From positions 33,294,001 through 33,358,000 of the forward strand of contig OX597820.1 of the NCBI GenBank assembly GCA_951406725.2: a stretch of DNA of 64,000 nt. Direction: 5' to 3'. A program made the position numbers and the translations under genes. This stretch comes from Octopus vulgaris (Eukaryota). The notes under the pieces are model-generated. The model was not told the DNA's origin. It searched no databases and worked only from the letters and a program-made list of their open reading frames with translations. Below are positions 26,507-38,439 of this stretch, piece by piece; the first letter of the stretch is position 1; the number at the start of each line of letters is the position of its first letter.

Positions 26507-27736
26507 GCAAACTCTTCATGGATCTTTGGTCAAAGATGGTGATATCTATCTTCAGACCTTTTAAGTTTCGTCCATTGCACGATTTTTTTCACCAAGGCCA
26601 CCAATCAGATACAGTGAGTTATGTTCTTCCAGGCCGAAGAATGGCGATGTAACTCTCTTCACAATGAGCTCAGCTAAAAGCCGGATCCATTTCTTTTGAA
26701 TGGATGTCTGGCAGGAATTAACAGATGTTATCACTTGGAGTGAGACAAAAAATATACTTAACGTTCCAATAATAGGAAATACGATTGTATTGTTCAAGTT
26801 TGATACTGAATGGTTATATCCTGGAGAAAACAATAAAGGAAGGAAAGAAAGAAAGAAAGAAAGAAAGAGGGTAGGAAGAAAACAAAGAAGAAAAGAAAGA
26901 AAGTAAAGAGCAAACAAACGAGCAGCGAATCCGGCTCTTCATGTTGGTGCAAGTAATATACACGAGAAAAAAAATAAAGATTTCTAAACGAAGCAAACAG
27001 CTGTTGATATTGGTGGTGATGGTCTAGCTATTGCTGCTGTTGCTGCTGCTGCTGTTGTTGTTGATGTTGTTAAGCAACAAGACGAGTATGGGTGATTAGG
27101 TGATGGTCTAGGGCTTAGGGGCGGGAGACCCCAGACATTGGAAAAAAAAACTTTGGTTGTCTTGTTGTAGTCGAGGGCTCTTCGTTGACGCCCGACACCA
27201 CTGGGAGGTGACCCTCGAAGTCGCTGGAAATGGAGATCTCCAGGTCCAAATTCTTGGACGGCTCCTGCTGCTGCTGCTGCTGCTGCTGTTGTTGTTATTG
27301 TTGTTGTTGTTTTCTTGTAGCCCCGTGCGTGTTCAAATCCAGCTAGTGACATGCGATTCATCGTTGAAATGGCTTGGCAGCAGACATAGATATAATCTTA
27401 CCGATATGCTCTGCTGCCACACAGCGGCAGGAAAAAATAAAAAGGAAAAAAATGCTTAAAGTGAGAATAAATGCATTTCAAAATTACTTTAAAACTTCGA
27501 TCTGTCCAAGTTCGAAAGAAACTATTAAGGGCAGTAATTACTACAATTTATAATTATATTGCACCAGAATTTTTATTGAGGCATTTTTTGCCGAAATATC
27601 AGTGATGTAAATATTATATTTATCGAGATCAAAATAAATTTCTTCTTACAGAACGGTACTCCTTCTTTTTATTTTCTTTTTCTTTTTGTTTTTTGTTTGA
27701 TTGCTTTTTTTTGTTGTTGCTTACTTGTTTCAGTAG

Positions 27737-27990
27737 AGGCGCGTGGCTTAGTGGTTAGGGTGTCAGCACCATGATCGTAAGATTGTGGTTTCGATTCCTG
27801 GACCGGGCGACGCGTTGTGTTCTTGAGCAAAAAAAATTCATTTCACGTTGCTCCAGTTCACTCAGCTGGCAAAAATGAGTAACGCTGCGATGGACTGGCG
27901 TCCCGTCCAGGTGGGGAACACATACGCCATAGAAACCAGGAAACCGGGCCCACGAGCCTGGCTAGGCTTTAAAAGGGCGCATTTATTTAT
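27737..27990 (+). mobile_element. SINE family B
   Basis: tRNA-like head, GCGATGGACTGGCGTCCCGTCCAG core, (TTTA)n tail. Confidence 0.85.
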
Positions 27991-28234
27991 TATTTTACTG
28001 GTTTCAGTCATTGAACTGCAGCAGCGTTTGTTGGACTGGGGTTGATTTGTTCGATGAGAGCTTGAAGGCTATTGTCGAACAAATCAGTAACAGTTCTAAT
28101 TTATTAAGCCTGCTACTTATTTTATCGTCCTCATTTTATGAAACCGTTAAGCTACGGAACTTGAACAAACCAGCAAGCGGTACTGAGTGACAAGTACAAA
28201 TACAGGCGCACACATACATATAAACATACATATT

Positions 28235-28310
<76 letters not shown>

Positions 28311-28316
28311 TTCATA

Positions 28317-28441
28317 CTAGCACTGCACCCCGGCGTTGCCCGAGTGTTATGACCTACAGCCACATTGTAATATTTATTCCTTTCTGATGAGCAGAATCGG
28401 CACACGAAGAGTATGAAGCAAACAACACTTCTTTATAAATA
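28317..28441 (+). mobile_element. Short Helentron/HINE-like non-autonomous element
   Basis: Starts TACTAGC..CCCGGCGTTGCCCG, a small hairpin typical of such 5' ends, and ends CTTCTTTATAAATA. Confidence 0.4.
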
Positions 28442-28653
28442 TGTTTCTCGGTCATTTTCTAATGAACAACGATGCAATTTCCGTCTACCAAATTCAGTCA
28501 AAGTCTGTGGTTGGCCTAGGTCTAAAGTAGAAAACATTTACCCAAGGTACCATGCAGGGAGACTGAACGTGGAACCATATGGTTGGGAAGCAACCAAACT
28601 TCTCAACCACACAATCATTCTTGCACCTAATATGTGTATGTGTGTGTGCGTGC

Positions 28654-28704
<51 letters not shown>

Positions 28705-29399
28705 GTGCATTTGTTGTTAAATCGAGTATCGTGTTCCACTATATCTCAAAGTTCAACAAGCAGAGATCTATGAAATAAATACCAGATTGAAATACGTACT
28801 GAGGTCAGTATGATCAATTAAATTTTTGAAGGTGATACCTCATCATGGCGACAGTCGAAAGACTAAACCCTGTAAAATACTTTACAGTAATGGATTACAT
28901 ACCACAAGATAATGAGTTCAAACTTTCGTATTAAACTTCCACTCTGTACGATAACATTATATGTACATCTCAGTCTACTTGGCTTCCAACAATTAGCAAT
29001 TGTAGTTTGAAGTTGAATGGTTAACCGTAAGAAAGATGTCCAGATTTCTTTAAAAGTTATTGCGTAAAATATTCTGAGAAAATGTATTGTTTTACCACAA
29101 CAAACCTACATACACACAGAGGTGTCTCTGTGGTAACTTAAGCTACTACAAATAGCAGCCAAATCTCTCTTAAAACACAACCTTTCATAATAAGAAAGAC
29201 ACAGATTTACAGTATTTCAGAAAAAAAATAGTATGCGATGTGTCTACATCAGAGGCAACTCTGTGTTAAATAAAACACAGACAAACATACTTTACATTAA
29301 AAGATTATCTACTAAATAATACTAAATAACGTTGACAGTATATCTTCGAAGTTTCATTCCCTGGTAAAACTCCATGTATTTTAAATATTTTCTCATTAT
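28396..29399 (+). repeat. ~1-kb segment duplicated in inverted orientation at 47253-48305
   Basis: Colinear matches across SINE pieces, (GT)n and unique sequence, e.g. TATCTTCGAAGTTTCATTCCCTGGTAAAACTCCATGTATTTT. Confidence 0.9.
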
Positions 29400-30071
29400 G
29401 ATCTATCTAAAACACAGATTGTTCAGACAGAGTTGCTTCCATTAGATAAAGACTTCAGAATTATGCAACTCGACCTCGTTTTCGAGGTCGGAGTTGTGCA
29501 AAAAACATACTTTATTTGGTATTCAGAGCAAACTTTACCACGACGACTTTGGAATACCAAATATTCCAAGTGAAATGCAGCAGGATATGGTAAGATGGTG
29601 ATAATGTTTGAATTTTACAGTACATGTTTACTGTATATACTATATCGACTTCTATGCCGGAAAAATACGAAGTAATGAGTAAGATAGGGTGGAGGGATAC
29701 GCTATACAACATTTTTCTTTATGGTATTGTGATTATGCATTGCAGTTAGCGTTTCTGCTAATGACTTACTTATCCATTTCTTTATCCGCCTGTCCTTCTT
29801 TCTTTTCTCCGCAGTATTTTGAAGAACGGTTCAGTGCAAAGTCCTTTGAACGTCTGTGAAGGAAAAGAAAGATGGTCACGTGAGGAAAAGAAAGATGGAC
29901 GATGTTCGGGTGTGAACGGTGCAAGAGGGAGAGTGAGAAAAAAAGAATCAGAGAAGGACGGAGGAAGAAAGCAGTACAGAGTCGGATCAAAAAGGTTAAG
30001 ATAAACTTACTTGAAAATGGATGTGTGGTGATCAATTAAATAAATATAATATAAATACAGATATAGATATA

Positions 30072-30115
<44 letters not shown>

Positions 30116-30119
30116 TATA

Positions 30120-30352
30120 TGGGTACAGGACATCACCAACGGTGTAAACAGCACGAAATAAATGAAAACAAACGAATTAAATACGCAAACAACGAGAGAA
30201 ATGAGGAGTAGATAGACAGCAGACAACTGATGAAGGGTTGCTCTCTATGTTTACTTGTCCTGTTTTCCATTTTTCTTTCGTTCTTTGCGTATTTAACTCG
30301 TTTGTTTTCGTATTTCATGTTGTTTACGCTGTTGCTGACGTCCTGTACCTAT
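30120..30352. mobile_element. Penelope-like pLTR fragment with fold-back (inverted) arrangement
   Basis: Arms GGGTACAGGACATCACCAAC... and ...GTTGCTGACGTCCTGTACC. The single-copy version is at 40186-40345. Embedded in (TA)n. Confidence 0.6.
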
Positions 30353-30360
30353 ATAGGCAT

Positions 30361-30439
<79 letters not shown>

Positions 30440-30542
30440 TATATATAGAGATATAGATATATATATACATATATATATGTAGGTATGTAAGTGCATATAC
30501 ATACATACGTATTTATATATATATATACATACATATATATAT

Positions 30543-30585
<43 letters not shown>

Positions 30586-30697
30586 GATATATAGAGATAT
30601 AGATATATATATACATATATATATGTAGGTATGTAAGTGCATATACATACATACGTATATATATATATATATACATACATATATTATATATATATAT

Positions 30698-30763
<66 letters not shown>

Positions 30764-30770
30764 TTAGAGA

Positions 30771-30993
30771 CAAATCAAACAATGAAAAACTTAAGCCAAT
30801 ACATAAGATTATTTAATTTATATTATTTAAATATATAACAAAATTATTAAAAAAATATAATTAATATCACACTACGATCGTTACGATCGTAGTGTGATAT
30901 TAATTATATTTTTTTAATAATTTTGTTATATATTTAAATAATATAAATTAAATAATCTTATGTATTGGCTTAAGTTTTTCATTGTTTGATTTG
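30771..30993. repeat. Perfect DNA palindrome, 111-bp arms with 1-nt spacer, in a Penelope-like pLTR fragment
   Basis: Centre ...CACTACGATCGT-t-ACGATCGTAGTG...; arms match base for base by eye. Confidence 0.9.
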
Positions 30994-31112
30994 CCTAATA
31001 GTGGTTTTGTCTCCAATTTAATATAATATAATATTTTACTATAAAATTGGATTCAATCCTAAATCTGATTTTTCCCTGTAAGTTTGGATTTATTCCCTAA
31101 TATTTATTATTA

Positions 31113-31179
<67 letters not shown>

Positions 31180-31858
31180 CATACATATACATACGTACAT
31201 ACGACGTGTTTCTTTCAGTTTCCTTTACCAAATGCTTTGGTTGGCCCGGTATTGTTTTTAACATCTTACCATACACCTACACCGGTACATATACATATTA
31301 CATATTATATTCGAAGAGGATCATTCTCTTATGTGTGGTAATTATTTTCATTATTTGGCTAGTCCTTTGTTTAGTTTTTTCTTTCGTTGTTTGTGCCAGT
31401 TTATATGCTGGTTAGGTTACTGTCGCTTTCAGTAATGTGATTCAATCAATTTCTCGTCTTCTACTGTTTTCCTGATTATTATCATGTTGCCGTTTTCATT
31501 GCTCAGTTTGTTGGTCGCTTTCTTTTTCATTGGTTGGTTCAATTTGAGAATCCGGTTTCTCTAAATTGTTATTCTAAATTAACATACGGAACCGATTAAG
31601 ACAAACAAGATAGCTTATAAATTGATCAATGCAACAGACATCACGTGATAATAGTTCAGATCTCAGTTGAAGGATAATACTTAGCGACACCAGATACAGC
31701 ACCAATATATTGTATGTATGTATGTATGTATGTATGTATGTATGTATGTATGTATGTATATGTATGTGAATGTGAATGAAACTGGAACGATGGAAACTGA
31801 GCTCAGGACCGTCGGATTGATTGTATGAATTGAAAAAGTATGTATGTATGTATGTATG

Positions 31859-31892
<34 letters not shown>

Positions 31893-33601
31893 TGTATGTA
31901 TGTATGTATGCATGTATGTATGTATGCATGTATGTATATATGTATGTATTTATGTATGTATGTATGAATGTATGTATGTATGTATGTATACACAGACATC
32001 TCAAAAGTAAATAGACACCATCGTTTTAAAAAATCTATTTCTCCTTTTTTTTCTTTTGGACATTTGCCGGCCCCGAAGAAAAGGTTACCTTCGAGCTGCT
32101 CTGTCATAGCTAAGCTGATGGAGATGCATGCCTTGGAGATACCTCACAAAAGTACCTCGTCTCAACTGGAGTTTCTCTGCAGCATCACCTGCCTTACAGC
32201 GAGGATTATTTTCAACAATCCACTTGGTAGCCCGAAGACACCGGGCAGGGGTCCTGGGGCGGCGGAATTTGAACTCAAGGTGCAGAGAGTGGGATCAAAT
32301 AATTAACGATATACAAGGAATTTATTGTCTCTATGTAATCACTCACTAACGCTAAATAACGGGTATGTAAGCACTCCAACACTGGTTGTCAAGCGATGGA
32401 GAGAGACAAACACAGACGGAAATTAAAAAAATTAAATACCATAGATATAATTACCCTTGTGGAACGAGACGCAAATTCTACAGCGGTGGGATTCGAATGC
32501 CGAATGCAATGAAATTGACCCACAAAATTTATGCGGTACTCTTCCAATTCTAACTTCGATCACTCCATGAAATCAAAAGCAATATTGATCTTTTAACGTA
32601 AGCTAACGTCTGTAAATATCTGGTGACGTTGGGTAATAAGCAATCAAATAAACCTCAGTATGTGACTGATATCTTATTTTATCACTGCCACGACCACCAG
32701 CATAGAAGGATATAAGGTTAAAATCGACCAAGACGTGACATAATATCTGAATATAGGGAATTTAAATACCACAAGTATTTAGTCTGAAGATGCCATCCAT
32801 CGATCTTTGAAAGCTGAGCTAGTACTGATTTTTATCATAGCTAACAAGGCTTCGATTTTGGTGGATTGATATATTCGATGATATTCATTCCAGAACACAG
32901 CTAGTACGAGTCCGGAATGCCGAAAAGCGGAAGTAGACCTAGTTGAGTATTGAACTCAGGGTGTAAACGTACAAAGCCTTTGTCCAATACTCTATCGCTT
33001 CTTCTAGAGCTGGCTTAAAATTATCGACCCTGCTTGTTTACTCAAATAATGAGGTTACATACACTGGATATATTTAGCTCGCTCATAGCAGCTACAAAGG
33101 GAAAAAAAGTAAATATACATGAGTATTAATAAATATTTTATTGTCACTCGATTTTAGTCATGTTAAATTATGCTAATTCATGTTAATTTATGTTAATTTA
33201 TGTTAAATCATGTTAAACTATTCTCTTCTCAAATGAACAGCAAAATCTCTTTTTATTATTCATTCACTAATGTTGACCATCATTCTTATACTAACATCAT
33301 TGACCATACTACCACTACACTGACCATCACTATTCTACCAATCATACTGGCTATTATCCTTTTGCCAAATCTTCTGGCCATTGCAATTTTACTCATTCCC
33401 CTGACCATCACTGGTGAAGCCGAAATGGGAGCTTCTGTGTGGTCGCTCGATCTGCTACAAATTGCACGTAAATGACTTTCAAATCACATCCATTGATTAA
33501 TGTAACTTTGAATTCCTTGCATATAGGAAAATGATAGGATTGTCTCGGGTGGAATACCTTTGATCACATGTCTGCCTAATAAGAGCTGACATGGACTACA
33601 C

Positions 33602-33745
33602 CAGTCATGGCCAGCCTGCGACCCGCGAGATTTTCTGAATGACACGCCTGCGGCTCGCTTGATGAGGAGTTATATCTCATGTGGCCCGCTTGAAGATGAG
33701 CCACGCCTCATGCAACTCGCTTCTCGAAAATATTGCTCATGCCTG
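33602..33745. mobile_element. Old hAT-type MITE
   Basis: Termini CAGTCATGGCCA / TGCTCATGCCTG with subterminal GCGACCCGC and GTGGCCCGC motifs. TSD degenerate. Confidence 0.55.
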
Positions 33746-34534
33746 GTCCAAACAGCAACAACCATATCAGTCTTTGTTCGACCAGTTCTAGTGGTACGAG
33801 TTAATGAGTGATAGCAAAAATGACCGGATGTTGAGGCGTGTATTTCCTTCTCTAGATGCTTAGGTAACATAAGTGGAGTGAAGAAGATACAGCAGAGAAT
33901 CGAAATTGAATCACGTTCAGGATGTGCTGCAAATGTGACTTCAAACTACCCGGTACACACCCATTATACCTCAATAAGAGGTTCCTGATGTTAGTTTTCA
34001 CTGAGTAGACTTCGCCCCATTTTTATGCATAATCTATTTAGTAATACGTTATTCAATGTATCCTTCGATTTTTAAGATAGAAAGATAATATTCTTTTTAT
34101 TTTGAAGGGAGGGGCAGTTGATTATATTGATCCCATTTCTCGACTGGTATTTATTTTATCGACTCCGAAAGAATGATCTCAGCGGAATTTAAACTCAGAA
34201 CATGCTGTTAAAGCATTTTCTTCGGCGTTATACTAGTGCGGTATTTGAATATTTCTAGCAGGTAAAGCGACCACATACAAGCTCATTCTTTGCTTTCTGT
34301 GTAAGACAACATAGCAGCCGACATGCCCTTTATATGTAAATGATTGGTGTCTTCACTAATTAGATAGTGGTGTTTTGACAAGTTGTGAATGAAATGGGTG
34401 TAGTCATTGAAATTTGCTTGCGGTAACGTGTGAATGTGCGTGTGTATTTGTGTGTGTATACGTTATTGATTTGACAATATGCAAATGGGCTATAATTTCC
34501 TTTACAACACACACACACACACACACACACACTC

Positions 34535-34587
<53 letters not shown>

Positions 34588-34605
34588 TATATATATTTTA
34601 CATAT

Positions 34606-34636
<31 letters not shown>

Positions 34637-34757
34637 TATTCATATATATACTTTACATATATACATATATACATATATATATATATATAGACCTACATAC
34701 ATACATACACACATACATACATACATACATACATACATACATACATACATACATACA

Positions 34758-34789
<32 letters not shown>

Positions 34790-34791
34790 CG

Positions 34792-35021
34792 CAGGGTTGG
34801 TCCAAAGTCACCTGACAGTAAATCAAAACCATTTGATTCCAAGATTTATTTATGTTTAACAACTGAATGAATTTATTAAAAGCATCTAAATATGAAACAT
34901 CGTGAAAATTGTTCAAACTGAAGTCCTTCTTGAGCGACATATTTTCCCATTCGAGTCGCTACAGCATTACAGAGAGTATTTATGGAATTTTTATTTACTG
35001 TCAGGTAACTTTTGGCCAGCC

Positions 35022-35024
<3 letters not shown>
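34792..35024 (-). mobile_element. Internally deleted Tc1/mariner-type MITE
   Basis: ~32-bp TIRs CAGGGTTGGTCCAAAGTCACCTGACAGTAAAT / ATTTACTGTCAGGTAACTTTTGGCCAGCCCTG. Retains a transposase C-terminus-like ...EGLQFEQF. Confidence 0.8.
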
Positions 35025-35077
<53 letters not shown>

Positions 35078-35083
<6 letters not shown>

Positions 35084-35497
35084 AATGGGACAACAAAACA
35101 TCCAGATAGATGATACAAAGAAAACAAGGACAGATCATTGGAAGTTTTCTTTCCTCAGTCAATTAGCAGATTATCTTCGCAATTTCGGCTGATTATACTT
35201 GAGATTGCTCCAATCTGGCCAGCCCCAAGGAAAAACTAAACTAAGAGCATTAGATTCCTTGGAAGAAAGCAGCGAATGTATACAAAAACAAGGACGGAAA
35301 AAAACGGATAATGTTACACAAATACAATGAAAATAATAATAGGACATAACAACAGGTGTCTCTCGACTAAGGTCGAATTAAGTTAAGCTGGCATGTGTGG
35401 AAATGAAGCCTTACGGTAGGGATACAAGATTTCACAAACACAAGGAGGAATATCGATGTTGCACGGACAACGGCCAGACCAAGAAAGAAAGAACTGA
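35078..35497 (-). mobile_element. Probable Penelope-like pLTR fragment between (TA)n tracts
   Basis: Bounded by TA microsatellite with a T-rich minus strand. Only degenerate hammerhead-like boxes. Confidence 0.35.
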
Positions 35498-35542
<45 letters not shown>

Positions 35543-36152
35543 TGATACTTCCTTTAGGCATACCGGTATTAATAACCTGGTGTGAAAACTCAATATACAT
35601 ATGCTTTAGAAGTCGGGTACAGAGCGGAAATAAGAAATTAGAATGACAAAGGAATGTTACACGTGGCCATTTTCTTTTCTTCTTTTCAGTAACCAAAATA
35701 CTAGTCTAGCTCACGTCACACTGCAAACCCTCCTCTCACCGCAACCACCTCGTATCACACCTACTAATCACCCTCTTTCTGAGTTACTCAGGGAACGAAG
35801 TTTCTCGAAAAGCAAAGCGACCGCTTAACTCACTCTACACAAGCACACCGCTTTCTCCCGCTATTTCTCACACTATCGCTGTCGGCTGGCGAGCCAACAA
35901 GAAAGTTTTTTTTACGTGTTTACCCAATTTGCTAGAAACAGCAGTCAAATTTCTCACAATCCACAATCTGCCATCTTAGAAAAGGACCCGTAGTGTTAAA
36001 TGGTTTTGTGTTCTCTGCACGTTGAAAAATACCTTGCTGGTCATGGTTGGAATGTTTTTGATCATATTTTAATTGATCAAGGCGAACTAGTGCTAAACAA
36101 TAATAAAAGTAACCCTTCTGGATGGATATATATATAGATATATATATATATA

Positions 36153-36230
<78 letters not shown>

Positions 36231-36285
36231 CGCAGGAATGGCTGCGTGGTAAGTAGCTTGCTTACCAGTCACATGTATATATATA

Positions 36286-37140
36286 CAGCGTGCGGTAAAA
36301 TGACCTGACATATTTGTGTGTTTAATGAAAGCAAACGAGAGTAAAGAATGAAAAACATATTTCTATTTTCGAAATCTACATATAATGCCATTTTGTTTAA
36401 TTTGGTTTTAAAAATTAAATCAGTTAAGTGGGTGCCTTTACTGTCTACACACTGTTGACGAGTCATTTCATGTCGAATGGCAGCAATTTCTTGACGAATG
36501 GCATCTTTTAGTTGATCAATAGATCGAGGGCGATGAGTGTATACCTCTGATTTCATGTATCCTCGCACGGGTTCAAATCAGGTAATCGGGCGGGTTAACC
36601 GATGTCACCGCGCAATGAGATCAAATGATCGGGGAAAATCTCCCTCAAAATCCTCTTCACACGTCGAGAAGTGTGAGCTGTTGCCCCTTCCTGTTCAAAG
36701 CAAACATTCTCCCTATCGTCAAGTTCATTCAATTTGTGTTTCAGAAAAGTCTCTAGTATCACACAATATCGACCAGAGTTCACAGTCACTGTAAAATTGT
36801 CTTCTTCGAAGAAGTACAGACTCCAAATGCCGAATTCTGCTGTCGCAGAATTTCACGTAGGTACAGGATCATGTCTACATAATACACAGAATGCTCTTCA
36901 TGTTGCAGTTACGGATTCGTTGTTCTTGATAAACGTTTCCACAATGAAAGTGCGATACTCGTCCGTCCAATGCATGTTGGCAGCTGAAAGCAAAATGAGT
37001 CAAAATGTCACAAATTGCACCTATTGAAATAAAATGGCATTATGTGTGCATTTCGAAAATAAAAACACATTTTTTCGTTCTTTTGTCTATTCCCCTTTTA
37101 TTAAACCTAGAAATGTGTCAGATTATTTTGCCGCACACTG
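36286..37140 (-). mobile_element. Decayed DD41D (rosa-like) Tc1/mariner element with TIRs
   Basis: TIRs CAG(C/T)GTGCGG(T/C)AAAAT..CTGACA(T/C)ATTT. Transposase relics FEQEGATAHT...(W)PARLPDLNPC have 41-residue spacing, then GYMKSEVY. Confidence 0.8.
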
Positions 37141-37152
37141 TGTGTGTGTGTG

Positions 37153-37228
<76 letters not shown>

Positions 37229-37236
37229 TTATTTAG

Positions 37237-37295
<59 letters not shown>

Positions 37296-37305
37296 TCTAT
37301 ATGTA

Positions 37306-37348
<43 letters not shown>

Positions 37349-37913
37349 GTGTGTGTGTTTGTGTGAATATATATATATATACATCATACATACACATATA
37401 TGTATGTACATATAGATACATATATACGTATGTATGTATGTATGTATGTATGTATGTATGTATGTATGTATGTATGTATGTATGTATGTATGTATGGGTG
37501 TATGTATGGGTGTATCGTTATTTCGCGTTACACTAAGAAGCGGTGTACGGTACTAAAATTTTCGACTTGGATCAAATATCTTTGTAAGTATATCCGCCTA
37601 AGCGGAATCCGGACCGGCTCGTTTATACCGGTACCGAGTTGTATTACTTGTAATGATGAAGTCGAACCGAATAGTGATATTTTGAAATCATTTAATAAGT
37701 ACGTTTCGCTCTAACCACATACATATTCAAATATTTCCTTCAATTTCTTCAGTTTTGAAATGCTTTAACTGAGGAAGGTTTAAGTAATGGATGTACTTCC
37801 TGTTTTATATTAAACAAACCTAAAACTTGGATTATAAATGATCTCCAAATATTACTATTTGGTTTGACTTCATTATTACAATTATGTGTACATATACATA
37901 CATACACACACAC

Positions 37914-37961
<48 letters not shown>

Positions 37962-38074
37962 ATGTATGTATGTATGTATGTATGTATGTATGTATGTATG
38001 TATGTGACAGCGTGTGTACCGTTGGCGAATTTTTTCCCTCCGTCTTCCCTTCTTTGGATCTTTCCTTTTCCTAT

Positions 38075-38109
38075 GTTTCTGACGAAGAGCTCCGCTCGAA
38101 ACGTTAAAC
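38075..38109 (+). ncRNA. Minimal type I hammerhead ribozyme (Penelope-type)
   Basis: GTTT-CTGACGA-A-GAGC-tcc-GCTC-GAAA-CGTT-AAAC: intact boxes, 4-bp helix II, palindromic AACGTT helix III and a short helix I. Confidence 0.75.
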
Positions 38110-38112
38110 CCT

Positions 38113-38158
<46 letters not shown>

Positions 38159-38160
38159 AT

Positions 38161-38405
38161 ATAGTGTACATTTAAACACATTAAGAGTTTTCCGTCATTG
38201 GAATCCTTTACGCTAGAAAGAACAGCTAAAGTCCAAACCAATAATTAGGGATAAATTCTCGAAGTACCAGACATGGTAAATGTTTTTATTTTTCATTCCC
38301 TTCGAGAATCTATCCCTAATTAGTGGTTTGGACTTTAGCTGTTCTTTCTAGCGTAAAGGATTCCTATGATGGAAACCTCTTAATGTATTTAAATGTACAC
38401 TGTAT
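38161..38405. repeat. Diverged ~104-bp inverted repeat (fold-back of the 17283 unit)
   Basis: Arms 38161-38264 and 38301-38405. Confidence 0.85.
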
Positions 38406-38439
38406 TTTATATAGATAATATATAGTTTTCGACGTTTCA

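Noticed and set aside
30416-30680. Tandem duplications of compound microsatellite blocks (also 41660-41770 and 42640-42840)
   Set aside because: Explained by slippage or assembly of low-complexity DNA.
32050-32265. Possible HDV-like ribozyme (TCCTCGC on the minus strand) next to (TATG)n
   Set aside because: Could not form P3/P1/P2 around the loop motif; identity of the segment unresolved.
37652-37700. Box C-like ATGATGA suggesting a snoRNA
   Set aside because: No box D (CTGA) or terminal stem at a suitable distance; better explained as one arm of an inverted repeat.
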